Part shown: piece after piece, positions 12,490 to 24,303 of the stretch | How the letters are laid out: every line of letters starts with the position of its first letter | Position numbering within the stretch: the first letter of the stretch is position 1 | Assembly: GCA_031835245.2 (NCBI GenBank) | Contig: JAVKOQ020000035.1 | Location: forward strand, 1 to 64,000 | Direction: 5' to 3' | DNA: 64,000 bases | DNA from: Balamuthia mandrillaris | Taxonomy: Eukaryota | Program-made: the position numbers and the translations under genes | The notes under the pieces: generated by a model | The model's input: only the letters and a program-made list of their open reading frames with translations | The model's database searches: none | Told to the model about the DNA's origin: nothing

Positions 12490-15180
12490 GATAATGAGAA
12501 AAAGAGAGAAAAAGAGGATGAGATAAGAACAAAGCATCCGCGTTGCATAAAGACCAACTTACTTTCACAAATGGCAACAGCCTGCTTGCTGTCTGTGCCC
12601 AAGCGGCTTTTACTCCATTGCAAACTGCCACTAGGGGCATAGTCGCGTGAAGTGCTGATGTGTGGCGAGAGGTAAATGCCAGCGCCATACGCAGCTCCAC
12701 ATGTCATCAGGTCTGTATTACTGAGGTTACGAAGACCTGTCCGAAGGATGGCATGCCTGTTTCGAGAAAGAACATGAGTTCACGGAGAGTTGATAACCAG
12801 AAAAAAAAATGATGGTATCACAAAGATGAAAATACCAGTTCTCCAGAGAAGAACCATGGAAAGCCCAAACGCTGCCATATTGCCGCTTGAATGCTCTAAA
12901 TTTGGCTTCCTTTTCAGGGCTGTTGCTGATGAGGAGGAACTGACGAATGCCTCCCATCTCAGTTACATACTTTGAGATGCAAAAAATCCGCAAGTCAGCT
13001 TGAAATACAATACACTCACATACACAATGAAGGTATTGAAAGCTTTTAATACCTTATGCTTGGGAAGAGTTTGTAAGTGAGCGCGGTTGGTACTGAGAAT
13101 CCAGCGCAACAGACGGTAGAGCCTTGGTTCTTTTTGTTCCAAAAATTGTTTCAATGCCATTTCGTCGTCCTTTAATTTTAATAATGAACAACAAGCGTGA
13201 GAGATGCCGGTGTATCAGCATCATCACGGGGTATCAGCATAGGACAAGCATGCCATTCAGAAAAAGGAAAAACAACAATGAAGAAAGAACGAAAAAGCAG
13301 CAAAGCAAAGAAATAGAAAAGAGGATGTGGAAGGAGATGCGGAAGTGTGAAAACCTTGTAAGCAAGCATCTCATCAACAGAAGGCATCATGTTAAGCACT
13401 CTTTGCAAAGCTGTAAAGTCTTTGGTGAGATTGGTGAACTGTGAAGCTTTTGTTTGTGGTGTAGGCTTGCTGCCGACTGTGGAGGATCCCATAAAGTCCA
13501 ATGGGAATGGATACAGAATCTTGGTATTTCTGCTGCTGCATGCTGCTGCCAACGTCATACTTATCATCAGGTCCACATAGTCCGGGTCTGGCATTAAAGA
13601 TAAGGCAAGAGCATAAACAGAAGATAAGATTATTTAGATATGGCATGGAGAGAGAGAGAAAAAAAGATAATAGTACGAGGGAGAGACCTTTAGCAAGATC
13701 GCGTGTAACAGAAGAACCCAATCCCATTTCGGTGAAACGGAAGACACACTTTTCGTCGGCGCATACGACCGGTTTAACACCACTAGTTGTAAACAGCATT
13801 AATAAATCTAATCAAGGAAAAACGAAAACACAAAAATGGGAGTAGTGGTACCTGGAAGGGAGTCGCTCATCACAAACAGTACAGAAGTTGGTACAGTTCT
13901 TCACGCGGTGCAGCATATAATACATAGTGAGGGCAAGGAAGTTCTTGTTCATGATTGACTGCACACCAGAGCTGCTTTGCAACTGCAATATCTTATCGCT
14001 GAGCTCCACCGATGCTCCCGATTGCTGAAGGAGCTGGAAGGCATCATCAAACTTGTTGCCAGCATGTTCCAAGGCCTGCACGGCAGCCAGTTGATCATAC
14101 CCTTTGGCCATTAGCTCCTTGATGGCCTTCGTTCTCTCCGCCAGAGCTCTTGTCTCTGCTTCCAGCTCTTCTGCCGTCTTTTGAACTATGACGGCTTGAA
14201 TGTTGCTCGTTCTCAAAGGAATGGATGAGTTGGAGGCGGTCGTCAATGTGAATGTAGGAGTCGAGGCAGACGGAGCAGCTGAAGAAGATTGGGCAGATGA
14301 AGTAACAGCGGTAGGAGTAGAAGATGAAGAAGAACTGCTGTCCTCATCACCATCTAAGAAGTAAGGATTGTCCTGCAAGAACTTGTCGCTTTGGGTGAAG
14401 AGCCAATTGGCAGCAAAGGAAACGTCATCCCTGCATTGTTTCAAAGCATGAATACAAAGAGGAAGAGGGAAATCGCCGAGTTGAGTCAGCGTCTGCGCGG
14501 TTTCTTTTCTCTGTTTGGTCTCTTCATCCTCTTCTCGATCTGCTTCTGAGGAGGTCGTGCTTTCGCTTTCCGGCTCCACCTCGCTGTCGGTTGAACTCTC
14601 GTCACTTGGCCAACCACTGTCGGTATCGCTATCGCTAGAATCGTCACTCCACGTTTTTTTATGTATTGCTCCTGTGGCGAGTTGGGCGTTCGTTCTTGTT
14701 GTAGGTGTTGAAGACAATGAAATAGAAACAGGTGGAGCTGGAATCGGAACCTGAGTAGTGGCTGATTTAGAAACCGTGGAAACAGGTGGAGGAGGCGGTG
14801 GCGTTGGAGTATTAGTGGCTGAAATAGGAGGAGATGAGGAAGAAGCAGAAGAACTCCCAGAAGAAGATGAAGGAGTAGATTGACTGTCAACGTCAGGGAT
14901 AACGTAAGTCTCTTTCAAAAAGTTCTTGTCCTGTTCGCGAAGGGCTTCTATTTCTGGTTCAGTACCAGTTCTGCATTTTAGTTTCTCGATGAGTGACTGT
15001 TGGTCGTCCATTCGCAGTGGCCAACATTTTCTCAGGAAAACACGCATGATATCCCTCAACTGAGCAGCTAGTGGGAAGAATGAACTGCCTTGTTGTTCCA
15101 CTCTTACTTTAGGTAGCTTTTAACCAAAAAAACCAAGGCTAAGTTAATCAGAAGAGACAGAGCGAGAGAGCGAGAGAGAG

Positions 15181-15217
<37 letters not shown>

Positions 15218-17860
15218 AAGAAAGAAACAGAGAGAGAGAGAGAGAGAGAGAGGAGGGAGGGAGGGAGGAGGGAAGCCGAAAGAGCAAGCCAATTAACCTC
15301 ATCAGAAAAAATGTAAGAAGGGTCAAAAGTCAACGTGACACAAATAGGCTTGCTGGTGTCAATGGCAAGGGCGTCAGCCATGGTAGAATCCAAATAGCCA
15401 GTATCTAGGAACAACGTAACTTCGTTCGCTTCACGAACCAGCTAACAAGTAGCAAGTATATCAGAGTTTCGAACCGATAATGAGAAAAAAATTGTAAAAA
15501 TAAATTTTTCAAAAAATAATAAGCTAGATGAAGACATACAGCAACGGACTTCGCTCCAAACATGGCTTGGACTTGATAGACATGAAGCTCCAACGCATTT
15601 GCCTATCAACGCAAGAGAGAGAGAGATTACTCATTTTGCAATATTTGTACAAAAAAACTTACCCCATCACGAACTAGGAAGCATGGTGTCTCTTCCCAGT
15701 TCTCTGTATCTTCCTCATCGATAACAGCTTCTAAATCTTCTTCATCTTGCTATAACAGAAACAAAAAAAAAATGTCAATAAAGGTTATTGTCGTACTTCA
15801 CAAAAACATGAACACGAAACAATAACTAAACAAAACAAAACAAAACAAAAAAGAAAACCGAAAATGGTTTTTGATAGCAACCTCTGGTCTGAAAGAGGCA
15901 CCTATTTGCATGCTTGCTGTGAGCCAAGCCGATCTCGTGAGATCCTTTGTGCCTGTTTCAGCTGAAAGATGAAGCATTCTTCCACTGTTGAACTTTTTAT
16001 CAAAGTCTAAAGAAAAAAACTAAAGTGAGGAACAACAAATAAAATACAAATCAATGAAAACAAAAAAAGCAAAAGAAAACGCACTTGAAATAAAAAAGTT
16101 AAGAATATCAGCCAAAGCTTTGAACCTGTCCGATGCATATTCGTTGCCATACTTCACAAAAGCCTATTCATTTAATCCCAAAAAAAAATCGGGTGTCAGC
16201 ACCATTATTCACAACTCAAGATGGAAGGAAGCTGGTAACCTCAACAATTCCTGGCTTGAAGTTGCCGAGTGCTCCTTCGAGAGTTATTTGCGGCCGGTCT
16301 TCTGGATAGTCCTTCGGGATGTGGATCTTCAAAGTAACAATGCGTTGATCGTTGCTAAACAACAAAAGGCTGAGATGTCTGGTAACTGGCTCCCATTTCA
16401 TCTCTAGTGTTGTTTATGGTGTGAGGTTTTGAGGATGGACTGGAGAAACCGATACAGAGACGCAACGAAAATAACTGAAACCACAGAAGCAAGAAGAAAG
16501 AAAGAAAAAGAAAGAGGATAAAAGGCATTCGTACTCTTGACACAAGTTTGAGGAACGTCGTAGATTTGCTGGACATCGGTGATTTCTTGCTCTAACAAAG
16601 CCAAACGTTCTTGCCGTTCAAATTCTTCTTGTTCCTTTCTTTCTCTCTCCTCTTGCAGTCTTCTTCTTTCAGCGCGTTCCTTTCGTCGCTGCTCTTTACG
16701 CTTTCTTCTTTCTTCCGCTTTCCTTGCCTTTTCTTCCTCCGTCTCAGCGGTATCTTCAGCCTTTACCTTTTCTTTTTCCTTCTCTTTTTCCTTTGCACTG
16801 TCATCTTCCTTCTCGGTAACTTTTCCTTTGCCTTTGGATGCAACAAGAGATCCCGTGCTCTTGTCTTTGCCTTTGTCCTTACCTTTATCCGTTTTATCTT
16901 TTCCCTTATTATCTTTATCCTTGTTCTCATCTGCATCGCTCTTCAACAAGCTGCTCAAAGAAGAAGATCGCCCAGAGCCAGACGTTTTAGTAACTTGTCT
17001 AACCATGCTTGGTTTTCTGGCTGCTCCGCTGAGGTCAGACACTTCTTTGACTGTCCAATCCACCTGTTAAAAATAGCAAACAAAAAAACGCGTTGAATGA
17101 GAAGACGGAATGAAGCATAGAAAGAGAGAAAGAACAAACATTAGGAATTCGAAGAGAAACAAGGATGTGAATATCTCCGCTGATCTTGCACTTCGTAGTG
17201 CGCTTCAGAAGAGGACACCAACGGTCCACTGATTGCTTTTCATAAAAGTCGCTTACAGGAAAGGATACCTGGCCAAGAAACACATCCCTTTTACCAAAGA
17301 GGAAGAGAAAGAGAGAGAAGGTCAAAATAAAAATAGAGTACAGGAATGAAAAAACCAAAGCAAAGCAAACATACTTAGTAATGCGGTTCTTGTCTTTTAC
17401 TACAACGTGAAGATATTCGCTTTGACGCGTTGCAACGCTTAAAATTGCAAATGGTAGCAACCGAAGCGAAGAAAAACCGAGGCAGCGGGAATAACAGACA
17501 AAGTACAGAATGAGATGAGAGTGTGACAGGTAAGAAAAGAAGAGAAGAACAAGGACGGGAAGTCTCACAAGTTAAACTTTTCGTTCCAAACAGGGTTTAA
17601 CGTCTTTTCGATATACTTGGTTTTAACTTGGTTCTTTCCGCCCAAAGTAATGATGCAATACGGATCCGAAGTGCCTGTTATTTGTTTGTCAACAAAAAAC
17701 GGATCAAAAAGGCGCATATAGGACTTCTGAGGAGACGGCCTAGGCCGATCTACTACATACCGCCTCGGTCCTTGGCCGCGAGGTTGCGAGCCTCCTTGAT
17801 GGTTACATTTAAAACAGAGCACGGTGGAAGCACGTCCTTATGCGCAACTATTTTTGACAT
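12263..17860 (-). CDS. C2 domain + (RWD/UBC-like) + UBA-like repeats + PARP6/8/16-type ADP-ribosyltransferase
   Basis: N-terminal C2: LNVTIKEARNLAAKDRGGTSDPYC...KTLNPVWNE...DVFLGQV. RWD-like IVTLKIHIPKDYPEDRP. UBA-like ELMAKGYDQLAAVQALEHAGNKFDDAFQLL and HALKQCRDDVSFAANWL. C-terminal AFHGSSLENWHAILRTGL...GAAYGAGIYLS...HYVVPNEDLVTTRFL. That this is a single gene is inferred from the uninterrupted same-strand exon chain. Confidence 0.8.
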
Positions 17861-18748
17861 CCGACAAACCTTGTTGTTGTTGTTTGGCTTTTTTTTTTTT
17901 TGAATACAAGCTACCCACGTTTCCCGGAAGGCCAAACGTCCTTTGTCTCGAAGCGCCAACCTCTCGGGGAGAAGAGAAAAAGAGGGAAGAGCTTTTATTT
18001 TCTCCGTTAAAAAGTTTTTTTTTTTTTGTTGAACAAAAAGTAATTAATTGTCGACATAGCAATTGCTGGAGGGGTAGTTGCTACCGCGTTGTTATGTGAA
18101 AAGGCATCTTCTCGAGGGTTCGGTTGCCAGGAAATTCGGGAAAGGAAATTTAAACAAATTTTTAAGCGTTTTTCTCCGCCTTCTTTTTGGGTTCTGTTTT
18201 TCTTTGGTTTTTTCGACAAATAGACAACTTCCCCTCTTCCCCTCCACTTGACGTTAAGTCTGGGACGCGCGTGCTGGTGTTTGGGCCTTTTGTTTTTGTT
18301 GCGTCTTTGTTGCGTTTTTGTGACAGTTTTCTGTCGCTTTTAGTGTGTACATTTTCTCTTTTCTCTCTCTCTCTCTCTCTCTTTTGTAGTTTTCTTGTAG
18401 ATTTTTGTGTATTTTGGTGTTGTAAAAAAAAAAAAGAAAGGGGGGTGAAGGAGGGGAAGAAACAACGAGTTGTCAGCGAGGAGCACGTTTGCAAAACAAC
18501 AGAAAAATTGAAGAAAGACAAGAAGCGGATTCAGAAAGAAAGCGCGGAAATAAACGACCTATTTGCACTTTACTGGTAGGTCCCCACCGCAAACAAAAGG
18601 AACTGCCTTCTTGTTTTTTTTTTTTAATTCGTTCTTTTCTTCTCACAAAGACACAAAAGAAGAAGTAGAGGAAGAAGTGGTGTATTTTGGTTTTGTTTTG
18701 TGTTTCGTTTTTTCTTTTTTTTTATTTTGATTATTGCTTTGCGCTAAA

Positions 18749-20377
18749 ATGTCTTCCTTTGCTATGGTGTTAGCTCGGCTGAGTGCTCTTACGGACAAGC
18801 AAACAACAACAGCAACGACAAAGCAACCAGAGACAGAGACAGAAACCACCCAAAAACAGCAAAAGATGGTAGTCCTGAAGCTGCTGTACGAGGGGGAGAT
18901 TCGCCGCATCTCTGTGCCACTGACAGCAGAGGGGGTTCCGCTTAGCCTCTCGGAGATGAAGCGCAAGGCCTTGGAGATGTTTGCCTCTAGCGCTGGAGCT
19001 GGTTGGTTCGAAAATCCGACCGTGGAGCTGGTCGCCAAGTCAGAAGATGACAGCCAAAGCCTCCTCGAGGACGAGCAGCAATGGCAAGAAGTTCTGAGGA
19101 AAGCTCAACAGAGACAACCTCCCATCTTGCGATTGATCGTGCACTTGAAGGCTTGCCAAGATACAGAGAAGCAAGAAGTAGCGGAGAAGAAGGAAGAGGA
19201 GACCCAAGTTAAAGAAGAGAAGAACAAGGAAGAGAAGGGGAAGGAGAAAGAGGTCGAGGTCCGCTGCGAAAACTTGGTGGCGTGCCACCAATGTGGTATC
19301 ACCATGCAAACGCCCTTCTTCAAGTGTCTTAACTGCCTTTGCTTTAACCTTTGCGCCGATTGCGAAGCTGATCGTTCCTCGTTAACGCATGATCCATCCC
19401 ACCTCTTCGTCAAGCTGTGCACTCCTCCAACGGAGCTGTCTCTTCGCCAACAGATGGTCTTCTGCAGTCACATCTGGGGTGGCTCTTCCGCAGAACGTGT
19501 CATCGCCAGGCGAACCAAGAAACAGTTGCAAACTCGCTTGAGGACGGAGAACCAAGCCAAAGCCTTGCAGAAGAAGGTTCAGAAGCAATCCCTTCTCGCG
19601 GAAAAGATGGCCCAGAAGAGAGTCGAGCGGGAGCTGCAGAAGGCAGCAAAGGCTGGTAAGAAGATCGGAGCCTCCAAGAAGGCCCGAGTCATCGTCAGCC
19701 CCGATCTTCTCACTCAGAAGAAGCGAAGGAACAGCAAAGTGAAGAAGGTTGAGAGGGTCTCTGCTCTGCGCCGAAAGCAGGAGAAGAAGCAAAAGCTGAT
19801 GACGGAGGAGGAAGAGCAACATATCGTGGATAAGAACAAGGCGGAAGAGAAGGAAGCCTACGAGGAGATCCCTTCCTCTACTCCCTCTTCCGATGAGTCC
19901 GAAGAGTTTGAGCTCCTTCCTTCGAGGCAAGAGCTTACCTCTTCTTCCACCACTGAAACCCATCAAGAAGAGCCGAAGGTGACTCCGCTTTCCTCCCTTG
20001 TGGCCAACGTGTTGGCTGCCGCTCAACGCACTGCCCCTTCCGACGCTGAGGAGGATGAACAGAGCGACGCCTTCTCTCCCTCTGACGTTCCCGAAGAGGA
20101 ACCCCAGCAACTGCAAGAGCGCGAGCAACAAGAAGCTGAGGAACAGCAGGATAAGCCTGAGGAGGAAGAAATTAAAGACGAACAAGAAGCAGCCTTCCAG
20201 CCACAACTGAAGAGCTTGGAGGAAATGGGCTTTAGCGATCGGGCTGCCAACGTGGAGGCTCTTGCTAACAACGACGGAGACCTTCAAAGGGCGATTGAAG
20301 AGCTGTTGGGAGTTCCCTCAGCTTTTGGCGTCTCTCAATTCTTCCGTTCTGTTTCTTCTCTTTTGCGGGGAATGTAA
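18749..20377 (+). CDS. p62/SQSTM1-NBR1-like autophagy receptor (PB1 - ZZ zinc finger - LIR - UBA)
   Basis: PB1-like VVLKLLYEGEIRRISV...ILRLIV; ZZ ACHQCG...FKCLNCLCFNLCADCE...HDPSHLFVK; acidic LIR SDESEEFELL; UBA QLKSLEEMGFSDRAANVEALANNDGDLQRAIEELL. Single exon. Confidence 0.88.
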   Translation: MSSFAMVLARLSALTDKQTTTATTKQPETETETTQKQQKMVVLKLLYEGEIRRISVPLTAEGVPLSLSEMKRKALEMFASSAGAGWFENPTVELVAKSEDDSQSLLEDEQQWQEVLRKAQQRQPPILRLIVHLKACQDTEKQEVAEKKEEETQVKEEKNKEEKGKEKEVEVRCENLVACHQCGITMQTPFFKCLNCLCFNLCADCEADRSSLTHDPSHLFVKLCTPPTELSLRQQMVFCSHIWGGSSAERVIARRTKKQLQTRLRTENQAKALQKKVQKQSLLAEKMAQKRVERELQKAAKAGKKIGASKKARVIVSPDLLTQKKRRNSKVKKVERVSALRRKQEKKQKLMTEEEEQHIVDKNKAEEKEAYEEIPSSTPSSDESEEFELLPSRQELTSSSTTETHQEEPKVTPLSSLVANVLAAAQRTAPSDAEEDEQSDAFSPSDVPEEEPQQLQEREQQEAEEQQDKPEEEEIKDEQEAAFQPQLKSLEEMGFSDRAANVEALANNDGDLQRAIEELLGVPSAFGVSQFFRSVSSLLRGM

Positions 20378-20861
20378 ATCAAGTGGGCTCAACTGCGTGG
20401 AGGCCGTCAACGCAGCTGTTTAGCATGTATATGATCGCTTGCTTTGTTGGTCTTTTTAAGCTTGTAAATGAATGTCTTATTTCCGTAGAGTTCTTCTCTC
20501 TCTCTTCTCTCTCTCCTCTCTCTCTCCTTCTCTTCTTTTCCAAAAGAAAAGATGGACATAAAGAAAACACCTCACCATGCTTGTTGTAATTCGGGCCTGT
20601 CTACGGATTGTGTCGCACCGACATCTACCCCACAAACACCTTGCAGGTAACGAAAAGGTTCTCCCTTCTCTTTCAAACCAGAACATGAAGCACAGTACGA
20701 AAGTTTTCATTCTATTTTTATTTTCTCCGCATAAACAAACAAAAAGTACAACACAAAAAAATAAAGCAAAAATGATAAATAGAACAAAAGAAACAACTCC
20801 CTCTACTTTAAGTTAGTTCTTCCTGCCCACTTTGCTTTTCTATCCACAATTCTCTATTTCT

Positions 20862-23800
20862 CTACTGTCCTTTGAAAAGAGCGTCACCTCTTTCAGAAAC
20901 TACGCAAGTCAGATTGTCATAGAGCTCTTTGTAAGAGGTGTAGGCTGGAAGGTACAGACGGTTGTTGTTGAGATCTGCGTGAGGAAGGCTGTTTGTTGGT
21001 AGATTCGACTTACATAGCCGAATTGGTGGTCTTAGTTCTTTGAGCCCTTCTTCTGGCAGCAGTACAGTTCCTGTTGGTGGTGTTGTTAGCACATGAGAGA
21101 AAAAGGAAGAGGGAAGAGGAAGCAGAAGCGGAAGCGGAAGCGGAAGAGGAACAAATAAGAAAGAAGGGAAATGCACCAGTGATGAACTGCAATAAGCGAG
21201 CCCGGTCACTGGTAGTAAAGTTGTCAACCGCAGACCAAAACCACTGCGCGACCTCATCAGAGTCTTTCCAATAGGATATGCTCTCCAACTGTTTATTCTC
21301 TGTTGTCTGGATTTCTTCGGGCACAACTATGGCATTAGCGCTGACGTGTTCTCGGATGTCTTCTGCTTTGACGGAAGGAAGTCCACAGAACAGCAGCTCC
21401 AACTCGTTCTCGTCAAACATGTAAAGCAGCTCCTCGTTGATCAGCGAGAAGAAGCCATCCTTCACTTTCTTCATTTGCTTCTCGGTCAACTGTCGCAACC
21501 TAAAGTCGCTGTTTTATTTTTTTAAAGAACAAAATAGAAGAGAGACAAGAGTAAGTACAAAATAAGCTATTCAGAAAAGAAAGCCAAACCTCAAAAGGAA
21601 GAGATACTCCAGCTTGTTTTCCTGCGTGACAAGAATCTGAGATCCATCCGGCTTCAGCTCAACGCGAGCGCGCAGTTTTCCATTCTCGTAAATGTCATCC
21701 GTAAATGTTATGCCCAATTCATCCCAAGGAATGCCTCCTGCATTGTTTCCGTCGTTGCTCAAACCGCTTCCCGTTCGTCTGCGTTGATCCATTGTTGTGG
21801 TCGGAACAGAAGAGAAGAGAGGTCCACTAAAGTTGTTGCCGGTGCTTCCTTGCTTGCGGTGATGCTTACTTCCATTACCGCTTTCAGGAGAACCCGCTGC
21901 TCGCGCCTCTCTTTCTTTCTCCTTCTCTCGTTGCCGCCGCTCTCGTTCCTTCTTTTCTTTCTTGGCCTTTTTTTTCTGTTGTCTCAGCTCCTTCTTTTTG
22001 GCTTTATCCTCTTTTTCTTTCTCCTTCTTGCCTTTGCTGCTGCCACCTTCAGAAGCAGCAGACGTGGATGGTTCCACTGATTTCTTTTCGTTGAGAATAT
22101 TGGCCCAACCATCCAAAGCTTCTCCGGTGAACTGTCTCTTCTCCCAATTCGCCAATGCGTTCCATTGCCCTTCGGATTCTTGTTTGTTATTGAGATTGGA
22201 GGAAGAGTTATTGTTGCTGGACGAAGAAGAAGGGGGCTCCTTGTTGTTCTTTTCACTTTCCTTCTTGGCTCGTTTTTTCTCTTTCTTCAGATCCTTCTTG
22301 CTCATCTTTTTGCTGTCATGGGTTGTTTCATGTTTGTTATCCAAATAACTCAAGAGACTTCCTTTTCGCTTCGCCGATGAATCCGAGGAGCTCAACTTCT
22401 CTCGTGCATCTCTAGCGCTGAAATTTTTTTCCAACTTGGCGCTTCGCGATTTCTCCTTGTCTCCATCTTTCTCCTGCAGTGATTCAAAAGATTCCTCAGT
22501 TAACATGCGGCGCTTCCTTCGTGCCTCCAGAAAAGCATTGTAGGAGCCTGCCCTCGCGGAGCGGTCAGTTCGTTGACGATATTGTTGTTCGAGAATGGTT
22601 TTGGCGAGATTGACTTTGGAAGGAGTGTCCATCGCGTTCAAGTTGTAACTGGTTTCTTCCGATGATGACGCTGGTTGTTGATCCGGTTTTGCAGCAGCCA
22701 AAAGACCCATGAACTCTTGGTGCAATGACTCTTTGGCTTTCTGTTGTTGCTCGATGGCCTGTTTCTTTTTCTTCTTCTTCACTACTTTCTTCATCTCTTC
22801 GTGCATCCTTTGCATTTGAGGGCTACTGTCTTGTTCCTGCTCCTCCTGTTGTTCTTGCTTTTGAATTTTAGGTGTCGTTTCGGAACGAGGCCGTTTTTGT
22901 TCATCGTTGTTCTCATCCTTCTTTGTTTCGTTCTCGTTTGTGTCGGAAGAAGGGCCTTGGAATGTGACCATTTTCTTGGCTCCCATTTGCATTTGTTCGT
23001 AAAAGGCAAGCGTTCCTGTTCGACTCCGTGAAGTAGCTCTTGGCCGCTGTTGTGCTTGCTGATGTTCTTCCTGTTGTCCTCCGTTCCCTCCTCCTCCTTC
23101 CACAATTGAAGCCTCTTTTTTAACCTGTTCCACCACTGGAGATAATAGTTGCTTGCTTGGTATTTCAGCTTTCTCGGAGTCAGCAGCTTTGTCGACATCT
23201 TCCGTCTTTTGCCCAGAATCACTTTCAGAATCGCTGTCAGAGTCGCTGTCATCTTCTTCGTCTTCCTCATCCTCTTCTTCCTCCTCGTCATCTTCGCTAT
23301 CATCAGAGTCTTCGCTTTCTCCTTCGACATCCTCTACTTCCACGCCTTCCTCTTGTCCCTGTTCTTCCTCATCTTGTGCCATTTCCAACATTTTACTGCG
23401 GTAATGGCTCTGTTTCTTTTTGTCTAAAGTTGCTGCTCTTCCTATCTTCCGCAATGGCTTCGAGAAACTGCGCTCCAATCGTTTGGCTTTGGTGATGCCC
23501 ATTCTTTTATCTTCCCCGTTAGTGTCTTTGTTAGGTCTGGAGACACTTTCAGCACTGAGACTCATGCCAGGAACCAGGCTCATGTGACGACGATGACGAG
23601 CGGCGTAAGGACTGCTACCAGAGGCACCTGGTCGTTCTATCGAGGTGTCATCCATCGCTTTAGTCGCAGTACAGGAGATAGAAGAAGAGACATCGCTGAC
23701 AGTTATAGTAGTTCGGTCTTCCGCCGTCCAGGACTTCTTTCTGGCATGTCCACTGCTGGCTGGTGGCTGCAGTTCATTGTTGTCGCTGGTTGGTGTTTTG

Positions 23801-24260
23801 CGCAGGCTCTGTGGAGAGGGTAATTGTTCTTTGGAGCCATGCTTCTTCTCGAGTTGCCATTGTTTAACCAACAACATCTTCTTGTGAAGGGTGAACTTGA
23901 GCATTTGTTCTTGTTGTTGCGGCGGAAAGTTGAGTTCCTTCATCATCGCTCGGAACTGTTGTTCAATCTCTGCCTCGCTCTCTCCATCGTTTTCGCGTTC
24001 ACCGGCAGCAACATTGCTGCCTTTCTTTTTGTGCTTCCACTTCTTGACTTTACTCATGCTGCGTTTGTGGTGGTGGGAGGAGGAAGCGGAGGACGACTTT
24101 GCGGTGAGCGTTGATTTGGGGATATGAGAGTCGCTCTTGCGCTTCACGTGAGTGGGAGAGAAAGTGGAGGGAGCCCCTGATCCGCTTCCAGACAAGATCT
24201 GGTTCTTAATGTTGGGGGTTGATACCACTCTGGTCAGCTGTTTAGAATGGGCAGGTTAGC

Positions 24261-24303
<43 letters not shown>

